A stretch of 64,000 bases of DNA. It comes from Podarcis tiliguerta (Eukaryota). Location: assembly GCA_965153285.1 (NCBI GenBank), contig OZ229116.1; one strand, written 5' to 3'. The notes under the pieces are model-generated. The model was not told the DNA's origin, searched no databases, and saw nothing but the letters and a program-made list of their open reading frames with translations. The stretch's first letter is position 1; each line of letters opens with the position of its first letter. Positions 1-12,700 of this stretch are shown piece by piece. Both the position numbers and the translations under genes were made by a program.

Positions 1-1350
1 TTCCTTCCTTGTAAAAAAATGTCTCTTCCAGCCATTTTGTCCTTTTACCTGTTTTCAACCTGTAAGAGTACTCCTTGATCTTGCTTCTTGGCTGCTAAGT
101 TTGCTCAGAAGCACTTGAATAGTGTATAAAAAGCTCTGTGGACGTTCCAGGTACATAAAATTTAGCTGATCACCCCAATCTACATACTTGGGACACTCTG
201 AAATAAAAGTGGCAAGTTTGAAGCTCTTTGAAGAAGCCATGCTGACTTGTCTCCAACAAGGCTTATGCTATTAGGTGTTTTAATGTCCTAGCTTTAATCA
301 TGCTTTCTTCTAATTACTTAGAACATCACTTAGGCCTACCGGTCTGTAATTTGCTAGATTCCCTTTAAATACTGGCATTAATTACACTGATAGCCTTCTA
401 ACCCTCTGATTCTGGTTTTAATAAGTTGCATTCTTTGTGAAATTTTGGCACTTTTCACATCTTGGCTCTGGCATAGACAAACTTGGCCCTCCAGATGTTT
501 TGGGACTACAACTCCCATCATCCCTGACCTCTGGTCCTGTTAGCTAAGGATGATGGGAATTGTAGTCCAAAAACATCTGGAGGGCCAAGTTTGCCTATGC
601 CTGTCTTGGATGAATGCTATCTTGCTCCAGTGATCTGTTAAACTTCTAATATGACATTTAGCTTTATAATGAGATTGCTTAGCACCTTTATTTGGCATGG
701 CTCTTTCTTCCTCGAAAGGAGTGGTTTGACTGTGGAACTCTCATCTGCATTTTTTACAGTGAAAACTAGTGGAAACAACACACTTTGTTTCGCTGCAGTC
801 TCCAATCTTCTTACAGTAGTTCTTTCACCCATTTGCTATCCATGGTTCTTACTGCCTCTTTACTGGTTCCCTGCACTTAATATCTTAACTTAAGTGCTTG
901 TGGGTTTTTTTAAAAAATACCCTTGTTCATCTTTTTTGCTTGCTTCAACTTGTATTTGCCACAGTAAGCAGTCTGGTTAATTTACCTCTTTTGAACAGTG
1001 CTTCCATTTTTCTAAAAAAGACTCTTTGCAGTTTACGGTGTTCTTGACATTTAACCACATAGTCTCTTGGATTTGTTACTTTCCTGTCCTTTCTAGTTTA
1101 TGTACTTTTTTATTGGATTTTTATTAAAGTGGTTTGAATAACCTCCAAGCTTTCTGGGACGATCTGGGCCTTCGTTATATCTCCAAAGCAAGTTACTTTA
1201 AACAAATCATTTCCCATTAGGAGGGCTGCCTCTTCTGAAATGAAGTATAACTGTGCTGGACTTGCTAGGCAGTTTTCTGTTCATGTGCATGTTGAATATG
1301 ATAGAGTTGTGATTGCTCTTCAGAAGAGGTTTGGCAACACATCCTTGATC
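1..1350 (-). mobile_element. Old, degraded CR1-type LINE ORF2 remnant
   Basis: Minus-strand peptide YVDWGDQLNFMYLE...LLSKLSSQ resembles the CR1 RT segment (VDxGxxVDxVYLDFxKAFD...LLxKL). Boundaries approximate. Confidence 0.5.
468..603. mobile_element. hAT-type MITE (palindromic, 136 bp)
   Basis: Long inverted arms (ggcatagacaaacttggccctccagatgtttt / aaaacatctggagggccaagtttgcctatgcc); 8-bp target duplication tcttggct/tcttggat (7 of 8 match). Confidence 0.88.
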
Positions 1351-1966
1351 TGATTCAGGGCACTGCTCAGGATTCAGGCCGCATCTACACTATACATTTA
1401 AAACATACTACTTTAAACAGTCCCAAAGAATCCTGGGAAGAGTAGTTTGTTAAGGGTGCTGAGAGTTGCTAGGAGACCCTATTCGTTTTCCAAAGCTACA
1501 CTTTCAGTGGTTTAACACTGGATGCTTCTTCCCAGGGTACTCTGGGAACCGATGGAAATGAGTTGGGTGGAATGAGATTGAAGGAGAGAGAAACTTGTTT
1601 GATTGGATGCAACTCAAAGTCTCCAAGCAACGTTCATAATAAACCTGTGATCTGATTATGTTTAGATGTGTCCTGATTTTTTTGTTCATCTCAGTATCAT
1701 CATCAGAACTTTGATATGGACCAGGTTAGGGCAAGAATATATAGTATTTGTACTGCATTTCAAACGAAGCCTCTCAAAGTATATTGCACTTGTTTTTCTT
1801 CCCACAGTGGTTCTGGATAGGATGACAACTAAGGTCTATGCTTTGTTCAGTTGTAAATAACAAAGCTTGGTCACTGGTGGCAATTTAGTCTTTCCTCTGG
1901 GCAACTAGACAGGGAAGCGTCTGTAAATTGCAGAAGAGTTGCTTTTTCTCCTTCTCCTTCTTAGAG

Positions 1967-2101
1967 TCATAGAACTGTAGAGTTGGACCCCAAGGGCCAT
2001 CTAGCCCAACCCCTGCATTGCAGAAATCTTTTGTCCAATGTGGAGCTTAAACCCATAGAGCTGAGATTAAGAGTTGCATGCTCTACTGACTGAGCTATCC
2101 C
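1967..2101 (-). mobile_element. tRNA-Lys-derived SINE with CR1-type 3' tail
   Basis: Reverse strand reads ggatagctcagtcagtagagcatgcaactcttaatctcag (tRNA-Lys-like head), then ggggttgggctagatggccc...ccaactctacagttctatga (CR1-like tail). Confidence 0.8.
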
Positions 2102-2483
2102 ACCATACACCAAATTACTATCATAGATATGTGTGAGCTGGTGGTATTCACGAGTCTGAGTTTTCTGTTTCAGCTTAGATGAAATTGTTGTGTTCATGCT
2201 GTACAGAAATATTTAAATGAGGTTTTTCAGTATTAATCAGTCTCAATTTCTTTTCTCTACAATCACTTAGTTTTCCCCACCTAATGTTTATTGTAAACCT
2301 TCTATGGCAATTTTGTTTTTTGTTCTGTTTAGTACAAAGTATACAATTGGCATGAAAAAAGTGCTTTAATAGTAGTTTTTGAAGTGCAGCATTGTCATGA
2401 ACATTTGAATAGTCATTGTTAACTTGCTTCCTTTTGCACAAATATTTACTCTTCATTCTCTCTTACCCCCCATTACTTTTTAG

Positions 2484-2602
2484 GTCTTTGATTCTCTGTG
2501 TTTAATAGAAACTTCATTCTCTTGCCAAAGTCAAATGAGGAAAATAGGTGGTTTTGCAACCCAGCTGTTAAAGACTGTGGAACCTCCATGCAGTGCCTGA
2601 AG
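2484..2602 (+). other. RB1CC1: Probable 5' UTR (non-coding) exon of RB1CC1
   Basis: Pyrimidine-rich acceptor (cccccattactttttag|G) and donor AAG|gtaact, 119 nt, about 1 kb upstream of the ATG exon. Inferred; no transcript data. Confidence 0.6.
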
Positions 2603-3654
2603 GTAACTGTTTCATCCCGGAGAGCAAATATTTCAAGTTTAAGCTCATAACAAATTATTTGCTTTATTTTTGTTTTTTTGAGAATTTGGTTCTAAGTGAC
2701 TGGTGTCATCGTAAACAAATTTAAGTTGCTGGGTTTTGCTCTTTTAATTAATATATTATAACGATTCCTCCTGACCATCCAGGCATTGAAGTAATTCTAG
2801 CAGTTATGTAAACAATTCCTCTAAAGTCTTAAAAATATAGTCTATCTGGGTACAGAACCTTTGTTGCCAGTGATGGTTGGGGCTAGAGGCGAAAGTGAGT
2901 GAAGCAATAAATGTACAGATTACCTTTATACAGCAGGCTAATAAAGCAGCCTGTTTCCTAGTTCCTTTGCAAAAATTCATGAAAAAGTATGTGTGAAAAA
3001 TTTGGAATTCTCAGGATGTTACGGAATGTCAGTCTCCTAGGGTACCACACACATGGGGTTGTATCCAGTGTTAGTCCTCCTCTAGAGAAGACTCATTGAA
3101 ATGGGTGGATGAGACCAGCTTGGATATGTTAATTTCAGTGGGTCTACCCTGAAATAATGTCACCTGCATGTCCCAGGAGGACTTACAATTATTGGGATCT
3201 GAGTTAGTTCTTGTGTTTAGGATTTTTTTGGGGGGAGGGCATGCATGCAAGAGATGGTTGCAAGAGGCAGAATAGACTACTAATACAGTGATACCCTGTA
3301 TCATGTTACCATAATACCTTGGTTACTAATAGCCATGGGGTGGTCACTGACACAGTTGGTTCTGACCTCCCCCAAAATGTCGCAAAGCAAATCAGCCCCT
3401 GCTAAAGGCTACCACACATACATATGCTGTCATGGAATGATTCTCTTATGTCCTTGAACTGCTGCAGCATCAGTTCATAGCTATATGTTAGGATTTCCTA
3501 CTATGAATGTGCCTCAAGTGTTGACACTGAAAACCTTTAAATTGAAAATAATTTTTATGTGTTATTAGTAAGCTGATAGTTGGGTTTCTTTTCAGCTTTT
3601 AAATAATAATCACAGAGTTGAAGCTATAAACTTCTGGATCCTAAAGAAGTCACC

Positions 3655-3725
3655 ATGAAGTTATATGTATTTCTGGTCAACACTGGAACCACCCTTACCT
3701 TTGACACAGAACTTGCCGTACAGAA
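3655..3725 (+). CDS. RB1CC1: RB1CC1 coding exon 1 (exon probably starts at 3596)
   Basis: caccATGa start; MKLYVFLVNTGTTLTFDTELAVQ; donor AA|gtaagt. Confidence 0.96.
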
Positions 3726-6700
3726 GTAAGTAAATCCTTCTGGTCTTCTGTGAGGAATCTGTTGCTGGACTGTTCTTAGCAAAGCCACCTCTTGATTCAC
3801 AGTATATGTTTTGTTTGGGAGTGAGAGTTAAAGCAAAACTACTATTAGAATGAACCTGTAGTGTTACAGCTTTTCTGAGACATTTAGACAATTTAAGAAA
3901 TACTTTCTGATTTATGTGGTTTTTGTGCCATTACATGAACCTTGCTGGAGCTCACCCCCTTCGTCCTTGTTTGAGATCCTTCCTCCTTTGCCATTCACTC
4001 TAAATTAAGAGAGCTTGTGCTGGATATATGTCATGGTCACTGCAGCAGGGCCAACTTACGTTGCCTGTTCTGTCCTTAAACAGTTGGGATGGTTTCTCAT
4101 ATAAAATGCCATTAGTGATGGATTGACAAGGGGCAGTTACTCCTAGCCTCTATCATTGTCTTAGTGTAGGAAGTAACAGTTTAATAACTGAACTTTGGCA
4201 TTATCTATATTAAGTCTTTAACATTTAGAGTACTCTGTAAATGTATACTTCTTAAGGATCTGTGGAAGATACTGAAACTTTTTTTTGTCATTTTAATCAG
4301 TGTGGCAGACCTTAAACAAGCTATCCAAACTAAATACAAGATCGCTATTCAACATCAAGTATTGGTTGTCAATGGAGGAGAGTGTATGGCAGCTGACAGG
4401 AAAGTCTGTAGTTATAGTGCTGGAACGGTAAATATTCATTTCTCTTTCCATTATTTCATTTTTTTAAAAAAAGTCTGGAAGGAGAAGAAAGTAATACTTC
4501 TTATCTTAACACAGGATACAAACCCAATTTTTCTCTTCAACAAAGAAATGATCTTGTGTGAACGTCCTCCAGCTATTCCAAAAACAACATTTTCAGCAGA
4601 AAATGAGATGGAATTAAAAGTGGAAGAATCTCTTATGATGCCTGCAGTTTTTCACACGGTAGCTTCACGGACACAGCTTGCTGTGGTAAGCAATTTCAGA
4701 CCCTTTAACAATTGGGCTGTGTTAAAGCATTGAGCACTCAGTAAACTCTCTCAAATTGAAGCTAGCTGGACATGTTGCTGCTTTCATGGTACGAAGTTTT
4801 ACTTTTGGTACTCTTCTGTTTCATTTTGTGGGGATGGAATAGTATCTTTTGGATTTTGACATGCTGGATTAATCCAGGAGTCTGTAAACAAGTTTTGAAA
4901 TGTCCTCTGTTTGTAGGAGGTTAGAAGTAATGATGAAGAGGGCTGGTATGGTATGGCAGGGTGAACTGGTGTGGAACAAGGAAGGGATTGTGGCATGAAA
5001 AGTGTGATTCCATAGACTGTTTTAGAAATTTTAATCTTGGCAAATGCCCAGAAAACATTGCATTTGCACCTACCTTTAGTTAGTACCATTTTCTCTTGAG
5101 TATTTTTCAAAATTACATTTTCTTTGAATGGAAGACCACCAACATGTTTGCAATAAAAGTGGTATTTCTGATGCAAATACACTTTATGCTATTTATGGAA
5201 GTGCAAATAGATATGTGTGTTGCATGAAAACTGCATGGGTTTTCATAACTTTCTGTAAAATGCTTTGAGACTTTTTTTAAAGTTGGCATATAAATCTTAT
5301 GGAATAAATATGATTACAATTAGGTATTTTAGATGGTTTGTTAAGAACAGATTTCATTTTGCCTTGATTGGGTGGATAAATCCTTTGATACTGTGGGATC
5401 CAGTACATTCCAAAAGTGCATCAAAAAGTGGTCAGCCAGATGTTTCAAAGAAGCTTAACAAGTAGCATGTGATGGACAAGGGTGATTTGATAGCTCAGTT
5501 TCTGCAGAAGATTCCAGGTTAAATGTGTGGCATCTTCTGTTAAAAGATCAGCTAGCAGGAGGTTGGGAAACTCTTTCTGAAATCCTGGGCAGCCTCTCCC
5601 AGTCAAAGTAACTACTGGGTTAGATGGACAAATATTCTGGTGGAGCTTCCTATGCTCCTTCATAGCCATATCATGTTTCTCCCTAACAGCTAGTAATCAA
5701 AGGTATGCTACCTCTGAACAAAGCAATTTGTCCTGCCTGCATTTATTTAACCCTAGCATTCATGATATTCTGTGACAATGAATTTCATAAACTTCATTTA
5801 CTATAGGAAAATGTACTTCTTCTTGCTAGTTTGTCCTGAGCCTGCTGCTGGTCACCTTTATTCAGTGACCCTGAGCTCTTTGAAAAGAGAATAATTTATC
5901 ATATTTAATGAAGTTAGTTGGTTTTATTTCCAAAAAATTTATGCCACCGACATTAGGAAAAATATATAGCAATCAACAGCATGAAGTGAATAAAATTTCA
6001 TTTGTAAAACATATACAAAATATATTACAGGCCAGTATATCTGACTAATACATCAACTTATGAATACATCAACATCGGTGGATCACCCCTCGGACAGAAG
6101 TGAATAGATTTTGACAGGTGCCTAAATACCAATGTAATAGGTGCCTATCTGATGTTCGCTGGAAGTGCATTCCAAGGGACAGGTGCTTACCCAGAACTAA
6201 CATCATAGCAGGAGTCAAACTTCATTTATTGACCCTCATCCAGCTCACTTCAGCACCACCACACCTGATTCACATGCTATGGAAAAGTAGTACTGGGTGT
6301 TGTTGATGTACTGATGAGGACCAATCAGAGAGGATCTTGGAGTTTTACACAGTCTGGAAGTAGGTAGGAAGTGCTTATTGGCACCTAGCCAGGACTTGGG
6401 AATATCTAAAAAAGCTGGAGGAGATTTTTCTCCTGCTCTTGCATATTAACAAAACATACAGTGCCTATGTGTTGGCTGGCTTTGGAAACTGCACAGCATA
6501 TCACCTTGTTAGTTAAAAAAGGCAGACAGGTGATCTGCAGGGGGTGAGGCATTTGAGCCTGTGTTGTTCTGAGCCTTCCAGGACAACTACCCTCACTCAG
6601 ATTCCTTTTGCAGGGCCTTCTACTGCACATCTTATCTTTGCACAAGTGAATCTTTTTCCTCCTAAGGAATATCTAATAAATGCTTTTAGTGTTTCATATA

Positions 6701-9700
6701 TCTTAACTTGAAAATGTCAGATTTTTTTGCATCATGTTTTGCAACAAGTTGATATGTATGTCTAGAGCGCTAACACGTTAATGTTTATGTTGTTTTTGCA
6801 CAGGAAATGTATGAGATTGCCAAGAAACTTTGTTCCTTCTGTGAAGGCCTAGTCCATGACGAACATCTTCAGCACCAAGGCTGGGCTGCCATAATGGCAA
6901 ATTTGGAAGATTGCACATATTCTTACCAAAAGCTGCTTTTCAAGTTTGAAAATGCATATTCAAGTTACCTGCAGTCCATAGAAGATATTAAGCTGAAACT
7001 TACACAGTAGGTTTGCCATTAGACTCCTCAATAAAAAGCTACATCTGCATAGCCGCTTTACTGAAAACTAAGGTTTTATGGGGTTTTTTTTTACATTTAC
7101 AGTAAATTAAATTTAATCCAGTTCCAGTGTCTTTGCACTAATTGAAATAATAAACAGTGCTAATGGTATTATTTATAGAGGTTTAATTTTGGAGTTAAGG
7201 CTATAAACCCAAACTTAAATCTCACCGAATTCTTACTTTTGAGTAGATATGTACTGGGATTGCACTGTAAAAAAAAAGTAAGTTTTCCTAAACTTTTTTT
7301 CTTCAACACTCCAATGCAAGACTGTGACTGGCTCAAGGACACCCAGGGAGCTTCACAGTTAAGGAGGAGTCCAACACTCGAACCATCACACTACACTGGC
7401 TCATCTGAAATCGTTTGCTAAATAGTGTTGCACAGGCATACGTAAAAGTTTTAGCTCTAGTAAAAAATAATCCTATTCAGGAATTCAGGAATTGAATCCA
7501 TGGAGTACCCACAGGGTTGTATGTGCCTTCCCTGCTGCCCTTTCTGAAAGGGGCTTGTAAGCACATTCAGCTGATCCCAGTTACAGAGGGTTCTCAGTCA
7601 CATGTGAGACTGTACCCACATTCAGCTGGAGGCAGTTACAGTTCCCCGTCAGACGTTCCTTCATAATGTTGGATGGTTGAGTGGAGAGAGCAGGGTCACT
7701 GCAAACCCCTCCATGGATACAATTAATGAACATCCGAATAAGGCTCAAGTCACAGTCCAATTCAGAATAGGTTTGAATATTTAAATTTATAAGGAAGCAT
7801 TTCTTAATTGGAAAAAATTGAAGACTTGAGTATTAAATTGTATTGAGGACACCTTTGAGAGCATATTTTTAAATTATGTTTGCCACTATACCTCAGTTTC
7901 TTTGTACTTAATAGATTTGTGTGTGTGTTCTTTTCTCAAGCTTAGGGGCTGCTGTTTCGATAATGGCCAAGATCCCACTCTTGGAAAGCTTAACCAGACA
8001 CAGTTACCGGGAATGTTTAGAACGACTAGATTCTTCTGCTGAACGTGGTGGGACAGAAAGTGAAGACACTGAGAATGAGAAGTCAGCTGAAGTGGCACTT
8101 TCTCCTGAAATGCTTAAAATGAACAAACAATCGCTGTTAGCATCATTTTGCAAATCGGTAGAGCACGCAATCCCAGATGGCACACCCTCCGAAAAAGTGG
8201 ATGAAAACAGCCAAGCCAGTCAAAACCCTTCTGTTCAGGACAGTGATGCTTCAGTGGAACTTAAGGAGACTGATCTGCCTTCTTTCAACGTCTCACTTTT
8301 AGACTGGATAAATGTTCAAGATAGACCTAATGATGTTGAGTCCTTGGTCAGAAAATGTTTTGATTCCATGAGCAGAGTAAGTTAATGCCTCAAATAATGC
8401 CATTGGGTTCTCTTCTAATATTTTGCGTTCTGGCTTTCCAGCTTGCTACAAGTTTAAGCATTCTTCATAGGAATACGGTGAGATGTTCTTACCAGGAGTT
8501 CTGAATCAGATTTTAATAATAGTTGTACAATCCTCTTTCTTACTCCTACATTGCATGATGATCTTGCTGTGGTTTGTGGTTGTGGTTTGAGCGAGGTACC
8601 CACTGTTCATGAACGATATTGTTTTCACATGGTCACTCCCTGTGGGAATTGTGATGAACAAATATCCTTTTCCTTTCTTGTATCAGCAGCCAGTCATCTT
8701 CTGAGAGGCTAGGTGTGGCCACTTGCTGCTATTGTCATTGTTAGAAAATGGAAATGAGCCTTGGGTCCACTTCAGAATTGACTAAGTTGCCACAATATGC
8801 CCATGATGTTAACTCTGAAATATATTTTAAGACTCTTTTATGGGAAAATAGGCTCTCCCATTGTTAGTATATTTTTTTTTAAAGTAGCATGGGGTCAGAA
8901 TAGAAACTTGTGGGATACCTTAGGCATTAAGCAAGTGTCCCCAGGACTACCTTCTGAAACCTTCCATCTGGGAAGGACTGGAGCCGCTGCAAAATGGTCC
9001 TACTCCATCTAGCAGTCCATAAGCACTTTGTAGGTGATGGTATCTGAAACTTCTAAGAGGTCTTCTAGAACCAACAGGGATGGTACTCTCTCTATTTAGT
9101 TCCCAGCGAAGATCATCCACCAAGGTGACCAGAGTAGTCTTCTTCCTGAAACCAGATTGAAATGGAATTGTTTCAGAGGGAGCCCACTTCAACTTGGACA
9201 AGTCCCAAATCTCTCATAATCTGCCCAGTTCAGTTCCGATTCATCTGAACCAATCACATACCTGATGGATACATGGTACATGGGCTTGAAAGCTTTAGAG
9301 ACCTGATTTAAGAAAAAAGACCAAAAGAAGTATATTTTGGAGACTTTTTTTGTTCAAATGAAACAAGCTGCAATCCTCTGCACACTTTTTTAGGAGTAAG
9401 CTCCACTGAGCATAGTGAGACTTGCTTCCAAGTAAACATGCATTTGGATTGTGTTGTTAATCAGAAGGTTTAAGGAACTAATTAGAGACAACATTTTCAT
9501 CTGCAGTTTAAAATCTTTCAAGCTTTTAATTTCTAAAGTTACATATGTGAAATTATCTTTCCATGATCCATTGATAGTAATTTTTCACTAAAAGTGGTTA
9601 TTCATGCCAACTGCCTTTTTGTTTTTCAGCTCGATCCAAGGATTATTCAGCCCTTTTTGGCAGACTGTCGACAAACAATTGCCAAATTAGATAATCAGAA

Positions 9701-12700
9701 CATGAAAGCCATTAAGGGACTTGAGGACAGACTTTATGCATTGGACCAGATGATAGCTAGCTGTAGCAGACTGGTAAATGAACAAAAAGAACTTGCTCAG
9801 GTAATGACTCTTTCAGTTTTTATGTGAGTGGCAGGTGGATGATACTGTTTCCCAAGGCTACTGTATTTCCCCCCCCCCCCCAATAATGTCACTATTTTTA
9901 AAGTATCACAATTTTATAATTTAGTATTAAGCCCTAGATTAGTGCAACCCAGGCTAGGAAATGTGCTGTATTTTATCAGAACATGCATTTGGAAGCTAGC
10001 CTTCTGATGGAAGACACAGCTGTCTTTTGAAAGGTGATGAAGAGGGTGGAGCAAAGCTGGCTGTGCCTTTAGGCAAACTGAGGTGGCTGCCTCAGGGGGC
10101 AGAAGCCCCCAAGACAGAGCCCCATCGCTGCCCTGCCACATCTGTGCTGATGCAGTGGTACCTCTGGATACACACATCTCGGGTTGCATATCCTTCAGGA
10201 TGTGAACATGACAAACCCGGAAGTATTTTTCCGGGTCTTGCTGCACGTGCATGCACAGAAGCGGTCCCTCCAATTGTGGAAACCTTGGGATCCGACCAGA
10301 GCTCTGGAACGGATCCTGTCCGCAACCAGAGGTACCACTGTATTGGCTAAAATAACATGAGATCTTGAGAGTGTGCAAGATCTCACGTGATTCAGTGAGA
10401 TCTCCACCAAAATATGTGTCAGTGTCAGGACTGGCAGAGAAGCGACGGTGAGAGAAGCTAGGCAGGTAAGGGTGGTACTTCTTGTTTCACCTCAAGCAGC
10501 AAAACGGGTCTCGACAGCTCGGGTGGAGGCAGAGCAACTCCAGGCACTCATGAATGAGACAGATTTTGTACGCCAGTTCCAGTCTTTATTCGGGCCTGCT
10601 TGGAGACCAAACCAGCTCCAGTCACATGAGAGAGAAACCAGGTGGGGATGGGTTACACTTGATTTTGTTAGATCTCTTGGTGGCCTTTGATACCACTGGA
10701 TCACCATTGTGGGTTTAGGAGTAGGGAGTGCTGTTTGCAGAAGGTAGCATTGGGTGATGCTTTTCAGTCCCCTGGGAGTTCCATGGTGCTATTCAGTATA
10801 AGGGGCCAGTGGGATCAAATGCTATTAGGAAGTATTGAAGCACAGCTCTATTTCTCTGTAACATCTGAATCAAGAGGTGCTGTGGAAGTCCTGAAACAGT
10901 TCATGGATTGAGGGACAGCAAACTGAAATGAAACACCAGCAAAGATAGAGGCCCTGTGTGTGAGTGGATACTGGATCTGAAAACTGGTCCTCTTCTGGAT
11001 GGGGTTGCACTTCCTCTGAATGAACAGGTGCATAACGTGGGGGGTTGATCCGTGATCCAGCGTTGGCAGTGGAAGCACAAGCATCTAGAAATGCCTTTTA
11101 CCAGTTTCAGCTAATAACGCCAGCTGCAGCCATTTCTGGACAAGGGTAGTTTGGTGACAGTGGTACACACAATGGTACTATTAGATTTATAGTGCACTTT
11201 AAATGGGGCTGTCCTTAAATTTCATCTAGAGTTGCTGCTATTACAAAAAGGCTGTTGCATGGTAGCTTTTCGAGGCAACGTATAAAGCTTCTGTTGAAAG
11301 TATTGCTCTGGCTGCCGATTTGCTACTGAGTTACATTCAAATTCTTATTACTGGTGTAAAAAGCCTTTACAGTTCTGGACAAGGGTGTATGAGAAGTCAC
11401 CTCTTATACAGTTATACACCACCTATACAGTTCTGGACAAGGGTATATGAGAAGTCACCTCTTCCTCCTGTTTCCTAGTCACTGAGATTTGTCAATAAAG
11501 ATCTGTTGCTGGTGCCATGTGCCCCTGCTGTAAAGCATGCTGTGGCGCCAGTTCTCTGCATTTCTCTTTCTTGGAAGTGAAGCAGGCTCCAGCACTGTTG
11601 CTATTATTTATTTTTTTATTGCGTGCCCTTCACCCTAAGGTCCCAGGGCAGGTTACAGTATTACAGCACAATTGGGATTCGAGTTTCTCGCTCCCATAAC
11701 CCTCACCTCTTTTGCTCCTGCAGCAACTGTAATTAATTGCTTGATTTAAGCTACCTGATTTTACTCTTTGAATAAACATTTCTCTGTCACAGTGACCCTG
11801 AGCCACATAGGTTTATTGTGAGAGGAGGGTGTGTTGAAGCTGCTGCCTCAAAGCAGAGAGAACGATTGGCTGTGAACTGGATTGGATCCTGTTTGTGGAA
11901 CTGGGATCCATTAATAATGCTGACAATATTATTTTAATTTTCCACGTAGCTGTGTGAATTGTGCATGACATAGAGTGAAAATAAAAATAAGCTCTTGATT
12001 TTATAAATAAATTCATCCATTAGATTTTCATCAATATGGTCAGTAGGTGGCATTGCATAATAAGGCTACTTCCGCTCAACTCCTAAATCAAATGTAAAGC
12101 TATAGAGATGTTTGTGCTACTTACTTTCATTTGTGACTTTCATTTGGTTGTTTTTATTTCAATAATGCATATATCACATCTTTTATCCGAAAATGCCTTT
12201 CAGGTGGCATACATAAAAATTAAATGCAATATTGAAATAAACCTAAAAGTCATGAAACAAAAATATAGGAAAATTGAGAGGAATAAACTATTCAGCCAGT
12301 TAAAAGTACAGCAATTTAAAATCCCTGGGCAAATAAAAAGGTAATAAAAGCAAATAAAAAGGTTGAAGCCTGTCACTAGAAAGAATACAGTGTTGATTGT
12401 TTGCTTTTCTTTAAAATCTTCGTATTATGAATATAAAAAGCTATATTTTATTCAAAATCCAGCCATTTCTATATGTAGAATACAATGCCTTTTCCCATAT
12501 TTATGTAGAGACATCTGAAGTTCTGAAGGATTCAAACGATCAGCTGGTTATGTGCTAGCAATCCTGCCATTGACAGCTGTGTCCACAGCTGACACACTCT
12601 GTGTGTAGCTTTCAACAGCCACTATTTGTGTTAATTGAAATCACTATGTGGGACATAATTCTTGAAGACAAATATTCAGCTTCACCTCATAAGTATAAAA

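Noticed and set aside
2030-2101. tRNA-Lys-like sequence on the minus strand
   Set aside because: Stems and B box are disrupted and it is fused to a CR1-type tail, so it is a SINE head rather than a tRNA gene.
1-2483. RB1CC1 promoter or first exon
   Set aside because: No CpG island or GC-rich promoter; the region is repeat-derived, so the transcription start is likely upstream of the window.
9914-11084. Cluster of 70-154 aa ORFs
   Set aside because: They overlap a MITE and a degraded L2 fragment; no intact RT or host gene.
11368-11463. Repeat-spacer-repeat pattern resembling a mini CRISPR array
   Set aside because: Only two units, vertebrate intron, spacer derived from the repeat itself, no cas genes.
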